Origin: Limisphaerales bacterium | GTDB taxonomy: Bacteria; Verrucomicrobiota; Verrucomicrobiia; Limisphaerales; SIBE01 | Reading direction: 5' to 3' | Length of the DNA: 64,000 nucleotides | Assembly: GCA_044225505.1 (NCBI GenBank) | Contig: JBGAIN010000017.1 | Span: 1-64,000, forward strand | Part shown: positions 1-10,234 of the stretch, piece by piece | Layout: each line of letters opens with the position of its first letter | Numbering within the stretch: the first letter of the stretch is position 1 | Position numbers and translations under genes: made by a program | The notes under the pieces: model-generated | Seen by the model: the letters and a program-made list of their open reading frames with translations, nothing else | Databases searched by the model: none | What the model was told of the DNA's origin: nothing

Positions 1-764
1 CGGTCTGGAGGTGCAGCCCACTTCCTTGCCGCACCATCCCAGTTTATGCCTTCAGCAAGCTGGCAACAATTTGTTGACAGAGTGTGCGACAAATCGGGCC
101 ATGGACGCACGGTTTGGGAACGGCCCGCTCCCAAACATCCGGTCGTTGGTGACAAAAAGGCACCAGATCGGGCTGACGACCGTCGTTCGAAACCGGTGAC
201 CATGCCCAACGTTTGACAATTAAGCGAGGTGCCTGCGCGCGCCCGAAGTCTCGTGTCGCTTTGATCTCGTATCTGATCGTCTTGAACCGCTTTTCCGGAG
301 AATCGCGACCTGGGAAGGCCTCGACACTTGGATTGCGGATTCCACGAGAACGGGAGGTCGCCGGAACAGGAGCGGTTGACCTGGCTTTGCTATCTCACGT
401 TTCATTCGTGTCATTCGTCCGGCTGCGGCCAAGGGGTGGCAATAGTTCCCAAATGCCCTTCTTAACGCCTGAATCAGCGCACGTTGCGCTCGGATCAGCA
501 ACTGCTGATCGGAGATGGACAGGGCGTTTGGACGACGGTGTCCGATTCGCCAATGGGCTAACAGTTTGCGTGCTCCAGCGATACTCGTCGCCGTCTGCTA
601 AATGGTAGCGAACGGTTGATCCAGCGAAATGTTGCACATACCGGGAGCAATTAGCTCCTGGATTTGGTGGCGCCGTCGCGACGCGCGTTAGGCCGATGCG
701 GCAGACCTCGATCGCTGGATGTGCCCCCCACGGTGGGTGGGATGGAGGGCGACGAAGGCGGGGG

Positions 765-830
765 GATTACGATTACGATGAGGATTACGATTACGATGAG
801 GATTACGATTACGATGAAGATGAAGATTAC
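765..830. repeat. Hexamer tandem array (GATTAC/GATGAG/GATGAA x11)
   Basis: (GATTAC GATTAC GATGAR)x3 followed by GATGAA GATTAC, read directly; a related degenerate hexamer run lies at 1075-1110. Confidence 0.9.
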
Positions 831-1074
831 GAAGGAAAGACCAAGACGGAAACGGTTGGGGGATAGGAAGATGTCGAGTTATCGGCACGTCTGGACAGAA
901 AATCGCCAGAGGTCTGGTGCACTCCAAGACGCTGGCGCGCAAGGACTAAGGTTCCTTTGCACTTCGTCCGCCGCCCGGTCCAAAGGGGCGACAGGCATCT
1001 CGGAGTGCGCTAGCGCCGCCCTTGGGCGGTCGGTCGGGCGCCAGGCTGCACGCACGAATCGACTGAGGATCAAG

Positions 1075-1110
1075 GATTAAGAGCAAGATCAGGATGACGA
1101 TTATGATTAC
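1075..1110. repeat. Degenerate hexamer array (GATTAA GAGCAA GATCAG GATGAC GATTAT GATTAC)
   Basis: Six GA-initiated hexamers in phase. Confidence 0.7.
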
Positions 1111-1325
1111 ATTTGCGGTTATGATGGGGTGGATGCGTTGCTGACGCACAGGTGACCCACTCCCGAGTGGGGTACCAGTGGGTGACCTCCGAATGAAGAG
1201 CGGTTGAAAACGCCAGGCAGACCTCATCCTCACGCCGAGGCTGATGTGTCGTCACATAAGCGTGGGCGTAGCCGGCCTAAACTGTTCAATGACAACAGCA
1301 AAACGTGGATTCGGACAGGCTCGAC

Positions 1326-4130
1326 CTACGGTTTGAGACGGATGGTGACGTAAGCGTTGGGTTTGAACGGGACGGTAACCTGGTTCTCGGTCGACGCCAA
1401 TTTTGACTTGGGCACTTCAACGCCGTCACACAGCCAGGCTTCACCCAACCGCAAGGTGGCCAGGGTAACTTTCGCCGCCCCAGCCTGACCGGCCGTTTCG
1501 CGCAATCGGAGGATGAAGCCGTCGTGATCTTCCGCTTCTTTCAACGTGACCACTTGGAGATTAGCCGCGGTCACCTGGAGAAAGGAGCCACTGGCGGCTG
1601 GCAACGGTCGCCCGGCTTTAGCGACGCTGGCGGAAAACGACGACACAAAAGGATAAGCGAGGACGGGAGCACGCGTGTCCGCGTCAAAGCGGGCCAAGGC
1701 GACGCGATCGAGATTCCGGCCGCTCGTGATGGAGAAACGGAACTGGAAGGTGCCATCCTGTTGTGCGCGGTAATTGGTGAACCAGTAGTTGTTCATGACA
1801 TATCCGTAGATATGCCCGTTCTTGATCTCGAGGTGGGCGGGCCAGCGGCCCCGGTTGATGTCGGTCAGGCAGACCAGGGGCGCGTCCGGAGTGGCCCAGC
1901 CGATCCCGAATCCGGCGTCGTCGAGGTGCACCAGGTTTTGCGGCGTGAACCATTCCCGGCATGCGCCAGGCATCTGATCGACGTTCGGCCGGCACCAGCC
2001 ATTCTGGATTTGGAATTCCAGCGCGGGTTGAGCGGCGGCAAACGGAAAGGCGAAGTAAACGCCTTCCTTAGCCCGGGTCGCCAATTTCTGTACGGTATTG
2101 TGGATATCAACGCGCTTGATGGCGTCATAAAGAAGATATTCGCTGCGGATGCTGGGCGTATTGGTGGATTGCGTGACGACGACTAAACGAACGCCGAACG
2201 GGGTTTTGACCGTTTCCAGAATTCGACCGGACGACGTCGTATGGACCTGCAAATTGGCGGGGGGCGTTCCGAACGTGAAATTGAGGATCTGCGAACCTTC
2301 ACCGCCGCTGACGTAGAGATATTGATTCAGGCCGTAGGCAGCGCTGGGATCGAGGAGTTCGCGATTTTCCGATTTATCCACCAGACTGCGGAGGGCGCCG
2401 GTTTGCGGATCGACCGTGAGCCGATAAAAAGCATTCTCAATGGTGGGGCTCGAGAGCTTCTCGTTGACCGCGACGCTCGGTTTCCCCAGCGTCCGAATGG
2501 CGTAGCCTTTGTAGCCAAGCGCGGGGACGTCCGTGGCGAGGAAACGGACTCGCTTCCAACCGTCGCGTTCGGAAAGGAGATCGAGGTTCACGGGACGGCC
2601 GGTGCTTAATTCCACGAGGTGCTGCCCGGAATTGAGTTCGACTTCGAGCGGCTCGGTGCGCGGGTAGTTTTGCAGGTTGAACGCCAGGATACTATCGCCA
2701 TCGACGTTGATCTGCTGGCAAAGGCGGTTGAATCCGCGGGCGAGCAGGTTGCGAGCGTCCAGATTGGCGCGGGTTGCGTAGCTCTCCTTGATTTCCCACT
2801 GTCGTTCGACGAACTCGCGTCCGGGCTGGCTCACCGAATTGTGGGCGCCCCAGGTGTGTTCGTTATAGAACATGACGTTGCGCCAGGCGCCGCGGAAGTC
2901 TTCGTGGGGATACCGGTTGCGCGGATCAAACCAGGTCGCGAGGGCGGCGGCGGTTTCGGCGGCGGGCAAGATCTGCTGGGAATGGCGGTTGAGCGTGGTG
3001 GCGGCGGCCGTGGACCCGACGCCGTCTTCCCAGTACGCACCACAATCGCCGCGATAGACCGGGAGTTTGCTGCCGAAGTGGGTGGCGATGTAGTCGAAGT
3101 ATTCGGCATCCGAGGCGCAGACGAGCTTGGGATATTCAAACTCGCGATTCCACCGTTCGATCAGTTCGGCTTCGCCGGTGTCTGGGATAGCGGCATTGTC
3201 GACGTAAGCCCCGTAGATCATCACGGCATCAGGCACATACTCCGGGCGCAAGAACGCCGTTAGAAACTGAGGGACACTGGTCTTCAAGTAATCGTAATTC
3301 GCCGCGCGGTCGACAAAGTCAGGGCCAGTGAGGCGCTTCCATTGGGTGTAACTGCGCGCGTACCACATGAAGACGCGCTCGCCATTCACACCTTCCCACC
3401 AGAACGGTGAGTTCTCGTTCAAGTCGGAATGGTGGAGAATGGGAGCCCGAGACTGGTTGCTGCCGTTGGAGAAGCATTTGACGCCTACGTCCTGGAGCAA
3501 TGTGGGCAGGAACCAGGTATGCGAGGGCGCATCGGTCAAACAGGCAAAATCAAAGCTGCTCCCTTGCTCCCGATGCAATCTTTGGGTGAAGTACATGGAG
3601 CGATAAAGCTCTTCACCCGTGCACAACCCGGTCATCAAGTTGAGGTAAAGCACATTGATCGTGGCGCGATTCCGCTTGGCGTAGGAGAAGAACTGTTGCT
3701 GGGACCCGGCCGGACGACAGTCCAGATAGTTGTCCACCAACCAGCCCGTCTCGAAGTTGAACTTGTAGAACGGGAACTTGTCCATGATCGCAAGCGCCTG
3801 GTCGGTGTTGCGATTGTCGAGTTCGTTCACGTGCGGTTGGAGATCGGTGAACCCGATGTCGTTATGGACCTTTGGACAGACAAAGAGTTTCCAGCGTTTG
3901 GCAGGACGAAAAGCCTGTCGGGTTTGGAGAATCGCGCCGTCCAAGTCAACCTCGAGCCGCGCTTCTCCCGGCTCGGTCGACGCGGGAATCTCAAGGGCTG
4001 GGGTCAAGACCCCAAACTCTTCCGTACCGCTCGTGAAAGCGGTGGCAAATTCCGCCGTGCCGATACGCAAGATCGCCTTGCCACTGGCGATCTTTTGCCG
4101 AAATGGGATCGCCAGCTCGCAACGTTCCAT
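1326..4130 (-). CDS. Glycoside hydrolase family 38-like (alpha-mannosidase-type), catalytic and C-terminal part of a split gene
   Basis: HNDIGFTD, WEDG and EHTWG motifs; C-terminal LKEAED..FILRLRE pattern typical of GH38; has no signal peptide of its own. Confidence 0.8.
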   Translation of the reverse strand: MERCELAIPFRQKIASGKAILRIGTAEFATAFTSGTEEFGVLTPALEIPASTEPGEARLEVDLDGAILQTRQAFRPAKRWKLFVCPKVHNDIGFTDLQPHVNELDNRNTDQALAIMDKFPFYKFNFETGWLVDNYLDCRPAGSQQQFFSYAKRNRATINVLYLNLMTGLCTGEELYRSMYFTQRLHREQGSSFDFACLTDAPSHTWFLPTLLQDVGVKCFSNGSNQSRAPILHHSDLNENSPFWWEGVNGERVFMWYARSYTQWKRLTGPDFVDRAANYDYLKTSVPQFLTAFLRPEYVPDAVMIYGAYVDNAAIPDTGEAELIERWNREFEYPKLVCASDAEYFDYIATHFGSKLPVYRGDCGAYWEDGVGSTAAATTLNRHSQQILPAAETAAALATWFDPRNRYPHEDFRGAWRNVMFYNEHTWGAHNSVSQPGREFVERQWEIKESYATRANLDARNLLARGFNRLCQQINVDGDSILAFNLQNYPRTEPLEVELNSGQHLVELSTGRPVNLDLLSERDGWKRVRFLATDVPALGYKGYAIRTLGKPSVAVNEKLSSPTIENAFYRLTVDPQTGALRSLVDKSENRELLDPSAAYGLNQYLYVSGGEGSQILNFTFGTPPANLQVHTTSSGRILETVKTPFGVRLVVVTQSTNTPSIRSEYLLYDAIKRVDIHNTVQKLATRAKEGVYFAFPFAAAQPALEFQIQNGWCRPNVDQMPGACREWFTPQNLVHLDDAGFGIGWATPDAPLVCLTDINRGRWPAHLEIKNGHIYGYVMNNYWFTNYRAQQDGTFQFRFSITSGRNLDRVALARFDADTRAPVLAYPFVSSFSASVAKAGRPLPAASGSFLQVTAANLQVVTLKEAEDHDGFILRLRETAGQAGAAKVTLATLRLGEAWLCDGVEVPKSKLASTENQVTVPFKPNAYVTIRLKP

Positions 4131-4723
4131 GAGTCCAGCGATGCTTTTCTGGTCGCGTTGCCGCGCACGAATTGAATGGCGTCATAGTCCAGTCCACCCA
4201 AACCAATCGGTGCGAGAACAATTTTGTTGCCGCTGGGTTGGAGCCAGGCACCGTCCACCGGCACTACCAAGTGTTGGCCCGCCATCAGCATGACGTTGGC
4301 TTCCTCCGCGTCACCGCTTTTCTTGTAATCGTGCTGGATCGGAAAGATGCCTGGGTGCCCGTTCACCCGCACTTTCATTTGGCGCGGTGCGCCCGATTTG
4401 AAGACAAGGTCGAGGATCAGCGAGTAGGCAGTTGTGCGGTCTCCGGGCAAGTCGAAGACAATCGTGTACGGCTTCTCACGGGTTGTTCCGTCGAACCCGG
4501 TTGAGCCCGCCTGATGCCCGGCAAAATCCTTGCTCACGGTGCTCTGGCCGATGACGTAGGTCAGATCCCGGCGCTCGCCTGGAGCAAACTCAATGGAAAA
4601 CCCATCCGGCTTACCGATCGACCAAACAACGGGTTCCTGCGCTGCAGCCGTTTGCAAGAGAAGCGAAGCAACGACCAGGCAACCGGTGAACTCGAGCAAT
4701 TTGTGAAGGAAGAAAGTTCTCAT
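4004..4723 (-). pseudogene. N-terminal part (signal peptide plus beta-sandwich resembling polysaccharide lyase 4 domain III) of the GH38-like gene, out of frame with 1326-4130
   Basis: Signal peptide ..TAAA-QEP, then VWSIGKPDGFSIEF and LDYDAIQF; protein-like sequence degrades at about 4150, where the next ORF takes over in another frame. Confidence 0.6.
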
Positions 4724-5538
4724 AGGGACTCATCATCGGAAGAGGAATCAACCGAAGGCGGGCTGTGGGCCTCTCGCCAAGATTGGCGACCAAGCCAGAG
4801 AGCGGCCAAGGAAGTGCTGACGAGGGCAAATGTGAGCCCGAGGCCAGGGTAGCCCGGCCGATGAGCGTGGGGCTGAGCCAGTGCCGCAGGCGAGCCTTCT
4901 TCCGGCTGAACGCGATCGCGATGCGTCACTTCCGATGGAGCTGCCGTGTCCGCGCGGTGGGTGCCAGAGGTCGGATCAGCGAACATTGCCACGGTCGATT
5001 GCGCGTCCAACTGAGCGCGCTCGATTTGATCTCCACGGCGGAAGGTGACCTGGGTTAAATGCGAACTACTCGTGAGCGTGTTGAGGGTTGATCGAATGCA
5101 CACCCGCCGCTCCCGCGCATCCACCCGATAATGCGCGCGCAAGGTCGCATGATGACTGTCGAGGTCCGGAGTGATTCCGGAGTTCTCCGCGTTGACTTTC
5201 GCATCCCCCACTTGGATTTCGAATGCAGCCAGGATTCGCTCGCAGATTCTAGCTTGGGGATCCTGCCATTCGGCGGGATCAATCCGACCGTTTCGATTCA
5301 AGTCCAGTTCTCGGGCAAAGCTCAGCTCGAACGGATTGAAGGTGAGCTCCAAATGGAGGTGGGTTTCGTCCGGGACGAGCGTGAGGAAGCTGATCGGCAA
5401 CGTGTGCGCTCGAAGTTCAAGAATCCATAGGGTTGAGACGCAAACGGCCCAAAGGGCAACCCGCCAGATAGAGTTTGGGAATTGCACGGCGTTCCTATTG
5501 GGACGCAAACGGAGATCGGCCGCTTTGATCCATATCAA
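4720..5538 (-). CDS. Exported protein resembling the HupE/UreJ-associated N-terminal domain, with an EF-hand-like loop and C-terminal membrane anchor
   Basis: Signal peptide followed by His (LRA-HTLPIS); DLNRNGRIDPAE loop; C-terminal hydrophobic segment; stop overlaps next start (ATGA). Confidence 0.6.
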   Translation of the reverse strand: MIWIKAADLRLRPNRNAVQFPNSIWRVALWAVCVSTLWILELRAHTLPISFLTLVPDETHLHLELTFNPFELSFARELDLNRNGRIDPAEWQDPQARICERILAAFEIQVGDAKVNAENSGITPDLDSHHATLRAHYRVDARERRVCIRSTLNTLTSSSHLTQVTFRRGDQIERAQLDAQSTVAMFADPTSGTHRADTAAPSEVTHRDRVQPEEGSPAALAQPHAHRPGYPGLGLTFALVSTSLAALWLGRQSWREAHSPPSVDSSSDDESL

Positions 5539-5705
5539 AGAGGAAGCGACTTTGGCCGATGGGACGGATCGGGACTGGAAGTCGAAAGGCCGGGCGGGCC
5601 GCGCGGAAAAATCCGCTGTCCAAAACCGCCCTTCAGTTGTAATAGTACCGTCGGCAGGAATTGTGTATTCTCATCCACAGGCGCCATTCGAGCGCCTTGC
5701 GAACT

Positions 5706-5936
5706 ATGCAAAAAACCTATCGCGCGCTGAAGTTCCTGGTGATTGGCCCCATCATTCTGGTCGTGCTCGGCGTCATCAATCTGCTGACTTCGCCGGGACA
5801 TTGGTGGGTGCAATGGCCGGCTATCGGGATTGGATTGGCCTGGTTTATTTGTCTCATCCGCGTGCTTCGCGCCCTGATCGTGGCCGGCGGGCTGGCCGCG
5901 TTAGCAGCGTTGATCGCACGATCGCGCCTCCGGTAA
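5706..5936 (+). CDS. Small membrane protein (2TM-domain type)
   Basis: INLLTSPGHWWVQWPAIGIG pattern, hydrophobic helices; ATG at 5706. Confidence 0.7.
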   Translation: MQKTYRALKFLVIGPIILVVLGVINLLTSPGHWWVQWPAIGIGLAWFICLIRVLRALIVAGGLAALAALIARSRLR

Positions 5937-6095
5937 GTTCCAGCTCGGCCGATTTGCTCCGGCGGCGGGTCTTCGCCCTACAGCCGCCCGGGAGTCCAAC
6001 CGTAGAAATCCTGATTGGGCAGGCTTGAGCTCACCCCCGACGTGCGGGCTTGAACTCCTGAAATTCAAAGCGGCGCATGCGGCGCCGAGCGCTTG

Positions 6096-7382
6096 CTACC
6101 CTCGCACCGGTTGGTGTTTCTCCACAAATTCCGGATCGAAATCAACACCGAGACCTGGGCCCGTGGGAAGTTTAATCTTGCCGTCGATAACTTTGAGCGG
6201 AGAGGTTTTACACTCGAAGACAACGTTGGTTCGGAGCCCTTTGAATTCGTGATGCGGCATGGCGTTAGGCAGCGCGGAAACGAAATGCATCATGTAGAGA
6301 AAACCCAAACCGCCGCCGGACATGTGGGGCGTGCAACTCTTGCCGAAGGCCGCAGCCATCCGCGCAACTTGCATAGAACGGATCATGCCGCCGAAATAGT
6401 AAGTGTCTGGTTGCACGATCTGGACGGCGTCATTGGCAATGAGCCAACGGAATCCATGTAAGCTGTATTCCTGTTCGCCCAGCGCGATGGGCACGGTCAG
6501 GCTAGCGGCGACTTGTTTGGTTTCCTCCCGCCAATCGAACATGACGGGCTCTTCGAAAAAGCCGTAGCGGAACTCTTCGAGCAACTTGCCGACACGAATC
6601 GCTTCCGGAACGGAATAAAAGCCATTCGCATCCGCGTAAAGGGTCATGGAATCACCGAAGGTTTTGCGGATGAGCGGAATGATCTTCTCGGTGCGTCCCG
6701 GAGGACCGACCGCGCGGATATCCGTGGTCATAAACATCAGTCCGCCGATTTTGATCTTGAGCGCGTGGGCGTTATACTCCGCGACATCGCGCTGGATGAG
6801 TTCGAGCGATTCCTCCACGGACTTCTCGCGATATTCGGTGGCTTGATAAACTGTGACTTCCGGATGGAGAAGATCGCCGATGAGCTGGCCGATCGGTTTC
6901 TTGGCGATACGCCCCAGGAGATCGAGAATGGCAAATTCAATGGTGGCTAAGGGGACACCCAGGGCAAGGCCGTTGAACCGGAAATTGAACTGATAAGTGA
7001 AGACTTTCTCGAGCAACAGATCCAGGTCGCGCGCGTCCTTGCCGATAAAAAATGGTTGCAGCTTGGTGGCGAACATTCCGGAAAGCGATCGGAGTTCGCT
7101 ATGTCCCACGGACATCCCTTCTGCGCCGTCCCGCGTGCGAACCCGGCACAAGAAGCTGTCGCGATAGCGGAGGAGCTCGAGGGTATCGATGATGATGGGC
7201 TCGGGAAAGAGCGCTCGCTTCAAGACGGGCTGGCGCAGGATCGCATCGAGCGGCGCATAACGAGGACTCCCGCTCGCCCCGGGGCGAGCCGAGGTTTCCG
7301 CCCCGCGCAAGGACAATGGCAGAGCCGCGGACAGGCCACCGAGCAAGTTTGTTCTGAGGAAGCTTCGCCGATTGGTGTGCAT
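6096..7382 (-). CDS. Mandelate racemase/muconate lactonizing enzyme family protein (enolase superfamily), Tat-exported
   Basis: NRRSFL Tat motif; KIK, DAN, EEP and GEQ catalytic motifs; PTGPGLGV. Confidence 0.9.
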   Translation of the reverse strand: MHTNRRSFLRTNLLGGLSAALPLSLRGAETSARPGASGSPRYAPLDAILRQPVLKRALFPEPIIIDTLELLRYRDSFLCRVRTRDGAEGMSVGHSELRSLSGMFATKLQPFFIGKDARDLDLLLEKVFTYQFNFRFNGLALGVPLATIEFAILDLLGRIAKKPIGQLIGDLLHPEVTVYQATEYREKSVEESLELIQRDVAEYNAHALKIKIGGLMFMTTDIRAVGPPGRTEKIIPLIRKTFGDSMTLYADANGFYSVPEAIRVGKLLEEFRYGFFEEPVMFDWREETKQVAASLTVPIALGEQEYSLHGFRWLIANDAVQIVQPDTYYFGGMIRSMQVARMAAAFGKSCTPHMSGGGLGFLYMMHFVSALPNAMPHHEFKGLRTNVVFECKTSPLKVIDGKIKLPTGPGLGVDFDPEFVEKHQPVRG

Positions 7383-7475
7383 GAGGCAGTAGAAACATTC
7401 CGCCTACAGCGAGGCAAGCCGAACTGGGATGGAACGTTGAAGATGCCGCAGGCGAGAAAGTGATCGGCTAGCGAA

Positions 7476-9344
7476 CTATCGCTTTCGCTCGAGTGCTGCC
7501 GCGCGATAACGTGCGAACGCTTCCTCGGTCAGCTTCGGATTCAGGAGAACGGCACATTGACCTCCCGCGTGAGCCACCTTGAACCCGGAGCTGAGATTGG
7601 AGCCGCGGAACAGGAGGTAAGGGTTAAATACCTCCGTGGCGGCGCAGGGCAGCTCCGCATTGTAGGTGCATCCATGCTCTTCCATCGAGACGCGGATCTC
7701 TGTTCCGATTTCATTGCGCAACATCTGGGTTTCAACAGGAGGAGCGTCGGAGATTTCCCATAAAGGAGCCGTTTGACCGTGCCACGCGTGGACGAGAGTC
7801 CATCTTATGCCAGACTCTCTCGCGAGAGACAGGCTTCCCGCCAACAACGCGGCCTGACCCAGCCCGGTGACCCAAGGACGCGGAATAGCCGGAGCGGCAC
7901 AACTGTCCGCGAGAAAACACGCCGTGGGAAACAACCCGAAGGCGTAAAGCCAGCACATCCCCAGGCGCGGCTCGGGCGCATTGTTCACCCAGAAGATGAC
8001 GCCACAACAAAGCACCGCCGCAATGGCTACCCGGTAAAAACCGAGGCGCTGGCGGCGCAGCACGGCGCTGATGGCCAGCCCTAAGCCGAACACCAATCCT
8101 AGCACCACCCAGCCGAAGTAATGCTGGATTTCGGCAGACCGCCAATGCCACCAATTCTTCACCTCAGAAAAGAAGTCCATATGTTCGACATCGGCCCAGG
8201 CTGGCGTGATGGCAAGGGCGCGAATCAGTTTCCTCATCGCTTCGACATCCGCCGCTGGCACTTTCCAATCGAAGGGAAAGATGTCCAACACACCGACTGG
8301 ATAGGCGAGATGCCCGGAGAGAATCAGATTTCGAGCAACGAATGGCGTCACCGCCAGGAAAGCGACCGCAATTCCAATGGTAGCGCTGGACCAGTGGTGC
8401 ATAAGGCGTCGAGTCCAAATCAATGGCAGCAGCAAGAGCACCGGAGCGGCGCTCAACTTGATGGTCGGGATAAACGCAATGACCAAGGTCGCCGCGAGCG
8501 CTTGAGGTAAAGAAACAGAAGACTGGGGTTTCGAGTCGCTCGACCAACGAATCTCGCGCCAATCAACCAATTCCGCGGTCAAAATGACTGCGCAAAGGAC
8601 AAAGACGCTGGAAGCCCAATCGGTCGAGAGTGCGACTAAACAGTCCCAACCATCGGGGCGGCCAAAGTCCGGGAGCAAGGGAAGCCAGCATGCGCATCGC
8701 AGGAACGTGCCCAGGGTGCGGTCGCCCTGCACGAGACGCCAATAGCCGTTGAGAGAAACGAACAAGAGGAGGACATATAAAACCAGCCCAGCGACATGGA
8801 AGGATCGTCCGTGAAACCAGAACTGATCGTAAAACGCGGCCAGGACGTCCGCCGAACTGTTGAATCCCAACCGACCATCGAAATTCGCTAGCCCTAGCAC
8901 AACACCGAATTCGTGGACCCATTTCACCATCTGCAAGTGGTACAGGCATGTGTCCGAGTGAAACAGCGGTCCGGCCGCTTTCACGGTTAGCCCCAGAATG
9001 GCAAGGACGCCGCAGCTGATCACAAACCAGAGAGATGGACGCAGTTCCTTGGGAATTGTCCGGCAGCGCTGGATCGCAGGCCAAGCTCCCCCGAGCAGAA
9101 AGAATGCGCTGAACAGAACATGGACGCCGCCGTCGATGGGGTGGACCAGAGAGACCAGGGAAGTCAACCATGCCAGCGTTACCCAGCCCAAAACCAAGGT
9201 GTCGGAAACCGAGACGACCAGCGGATCTCCGGGAGCTGAGAACCAACGACAACCCCGTTCAATCGCTGCGCGAACCAAGCCGCCCGCGCAGAATAGGACC
9301 ACGATCAAATAAACAAGGTAAACCCCGATTGGAATCATCTTCAA
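7476..9344 (-). CDS. Polytopic membrane protein, possible GT-C-fold glycosyltransferase (LIC_10190-like)
   Basis: Many TM helices; DTCLYHLQ..GLAN..RLGFNS and RNLILSGHLAYP..DWKVP motifs. Confidence 0.65.
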   Translation of the reverse strand: MKMIPIGVYLVYLIVVLFCAGGLVRAAIERGCRWFSAPGDPLVVSVSDTLVLGWVTLAWLTSLVSLVHPIDGGVHVLFSAFFLLGGAWPAIQRCRTIPKELRPSLWFVISCGVLAILGLTVKAAGPLFHSDTCLYHLQMVKWVHEFGVVLGLANFDGRLGFNSSADVLAAFYDQFWFHGRSFHVAGLVLYVLLLFVSLNGYWRLVQGDRTLGTFLRCACWLPLLPDFGRPDGWDCLVALSTDWASSVFVLCAVILTAELVDWREIRWSSDSKPQSSVSLPQALAATLVIAFIPTIKLSAAPVLLLLPLIWTRRLMHHWSSATIGIAVAFLAVTPFVARNLILSGHLAYPVGVLDIFPFDWKVPAADVEAMRKLIRALAITPAWADVEHMDFFSEVKNWWHWRSAEIQHYFGWVVLGLVFGLGLAISAVLRRQRLGFYRVAIAAVLCCGVIFWVNNAPEPRLGMCWLYAFGLFPTACFLADSCAAPAIPRPWVTGLGQAALLAGSLSLARESGIRWTLVHAWHGQTAPLWEISDAPPVETQMLRNEIGTEIRVSMEEHGCTYNAELPCAATEVFNPYLLFRGSNLSSGFKVAHAGGQCAVLLNPKLTEEAFARYRAAALERKR

Positions 9345-9556
9345 ACGCCCAAAAACGTCCTACTCCAGTCCGGGGCCGAGGGCAAGAGGGAACTGAACGT
9401 GATCGACAACGGCCGGGACGCCTCCGTTCAACTTCATAAGTCCCGAACGTCGGAGGACCTGGCGAAAAGCAGAGATTGCAGGCCTTCGCGGCAGAATTCC
9501 TGGCCGAAAGGATTGTGGAGCGTCTTGCTCTCGTTGACCTACTGCGGATACATTTC

Positions 9557-10035
9557 ATGTGGAACGTGAATGCGACACCCTTGTTGACCGCTGTGGCAGC
9601 CGCCTTGGGTGCGGTTGGCTTGGAGGCTATTCTCATCGCCAATGCGGCAGCCGCCCTGCATGGCGCCCCGGTGACCACCATCGACTTCGACTTCATGTTC
9701 AGAGCCACGCCTCGCAATTTGGTAAAGCTCAAACAGTTCGCGACACGGCTGGAGGCGACCATTCTTTGCCCGTACTACCCCGTGTCAGGCTTGTTTCGGG
9801 TAATGAACGACGATCGCATTTGCAGGTGGACTTCATGCCCCGGATCCACGGGGTCAAGTCATTCAATAGCCTTCGCTCGCGAGCGGAGCAGATCCAAATA
9901 GGCGGAAACTCGTTGTGGATCGCGCATCTCGGTGACGTGATCGCAAGCAAGAGAGCGGCGGGGCGCTCCCGCGATAGGGCAGTGCTGGAAATTTTGGAGA
10001 AGACTCTGCATGAAAAAGGTCAAGCCACAGAGTAA
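9557..10035 (+). pseudogene. Minimal nucleotidyltransferase, frameshifted at about 9818
   Basis: AAAALHG..TTIDFDF in one frame, LQVDFM..SKRAAGRSRD in another; joined by a 1-nt shift after NDDR. Confidence 0.8.
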
Positions 10036-10177
10036 GCGAGACGCAGCTCTAGCCGATCTGCGTCGCGAGAGCGACCCCACCTTGACCGACTTGATCCGGC
10101 GGCGGCTGGCACTGCCGCTGGCCAAGCGGATGAACTTCCTCCGCGTGCGGCTTCCGGGAGGCGGTTCCCACCTCTAA
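10010..10177 (+). CDS. 55-aa basic protein, probable partner of the nucleotidyltransferase (not in ORF track)
   Basis: MKKVKPQSKRDAALADLRRESDPTLTDLIRRRLALPLAKRMNFLRVRLPGGGSHL*; overlaps the 3' end of the NTase. Confidence 0.6.
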   Translation: MKKVKPQSKRDAALADLRRESDPTLTDLIRRRLALPLAKRMNFLRVRLPGGGSHL

Positions 10178-10234
10178 AGAACCTGATTGAAAAGCCACGG
10201 TGGGTGAGGCAGTGAGACCCGAGCATGAACTTCG

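Noticed and set aside
82..95. Group II intron 5' end (GTGCG)
   Set aside because: No domain V, 3' end or reverse transcriptase recognised nearby.
765..830. CRISPR array
   Set aside because: Units are contiguous 6/18-mers without unique spacers, and no cas genes are present. The same applies to 41328-41415.
664..1080. ORF with ITITMR repeats
   Set aside because: Translation of a non-coding hexamer array; no protein-like context.
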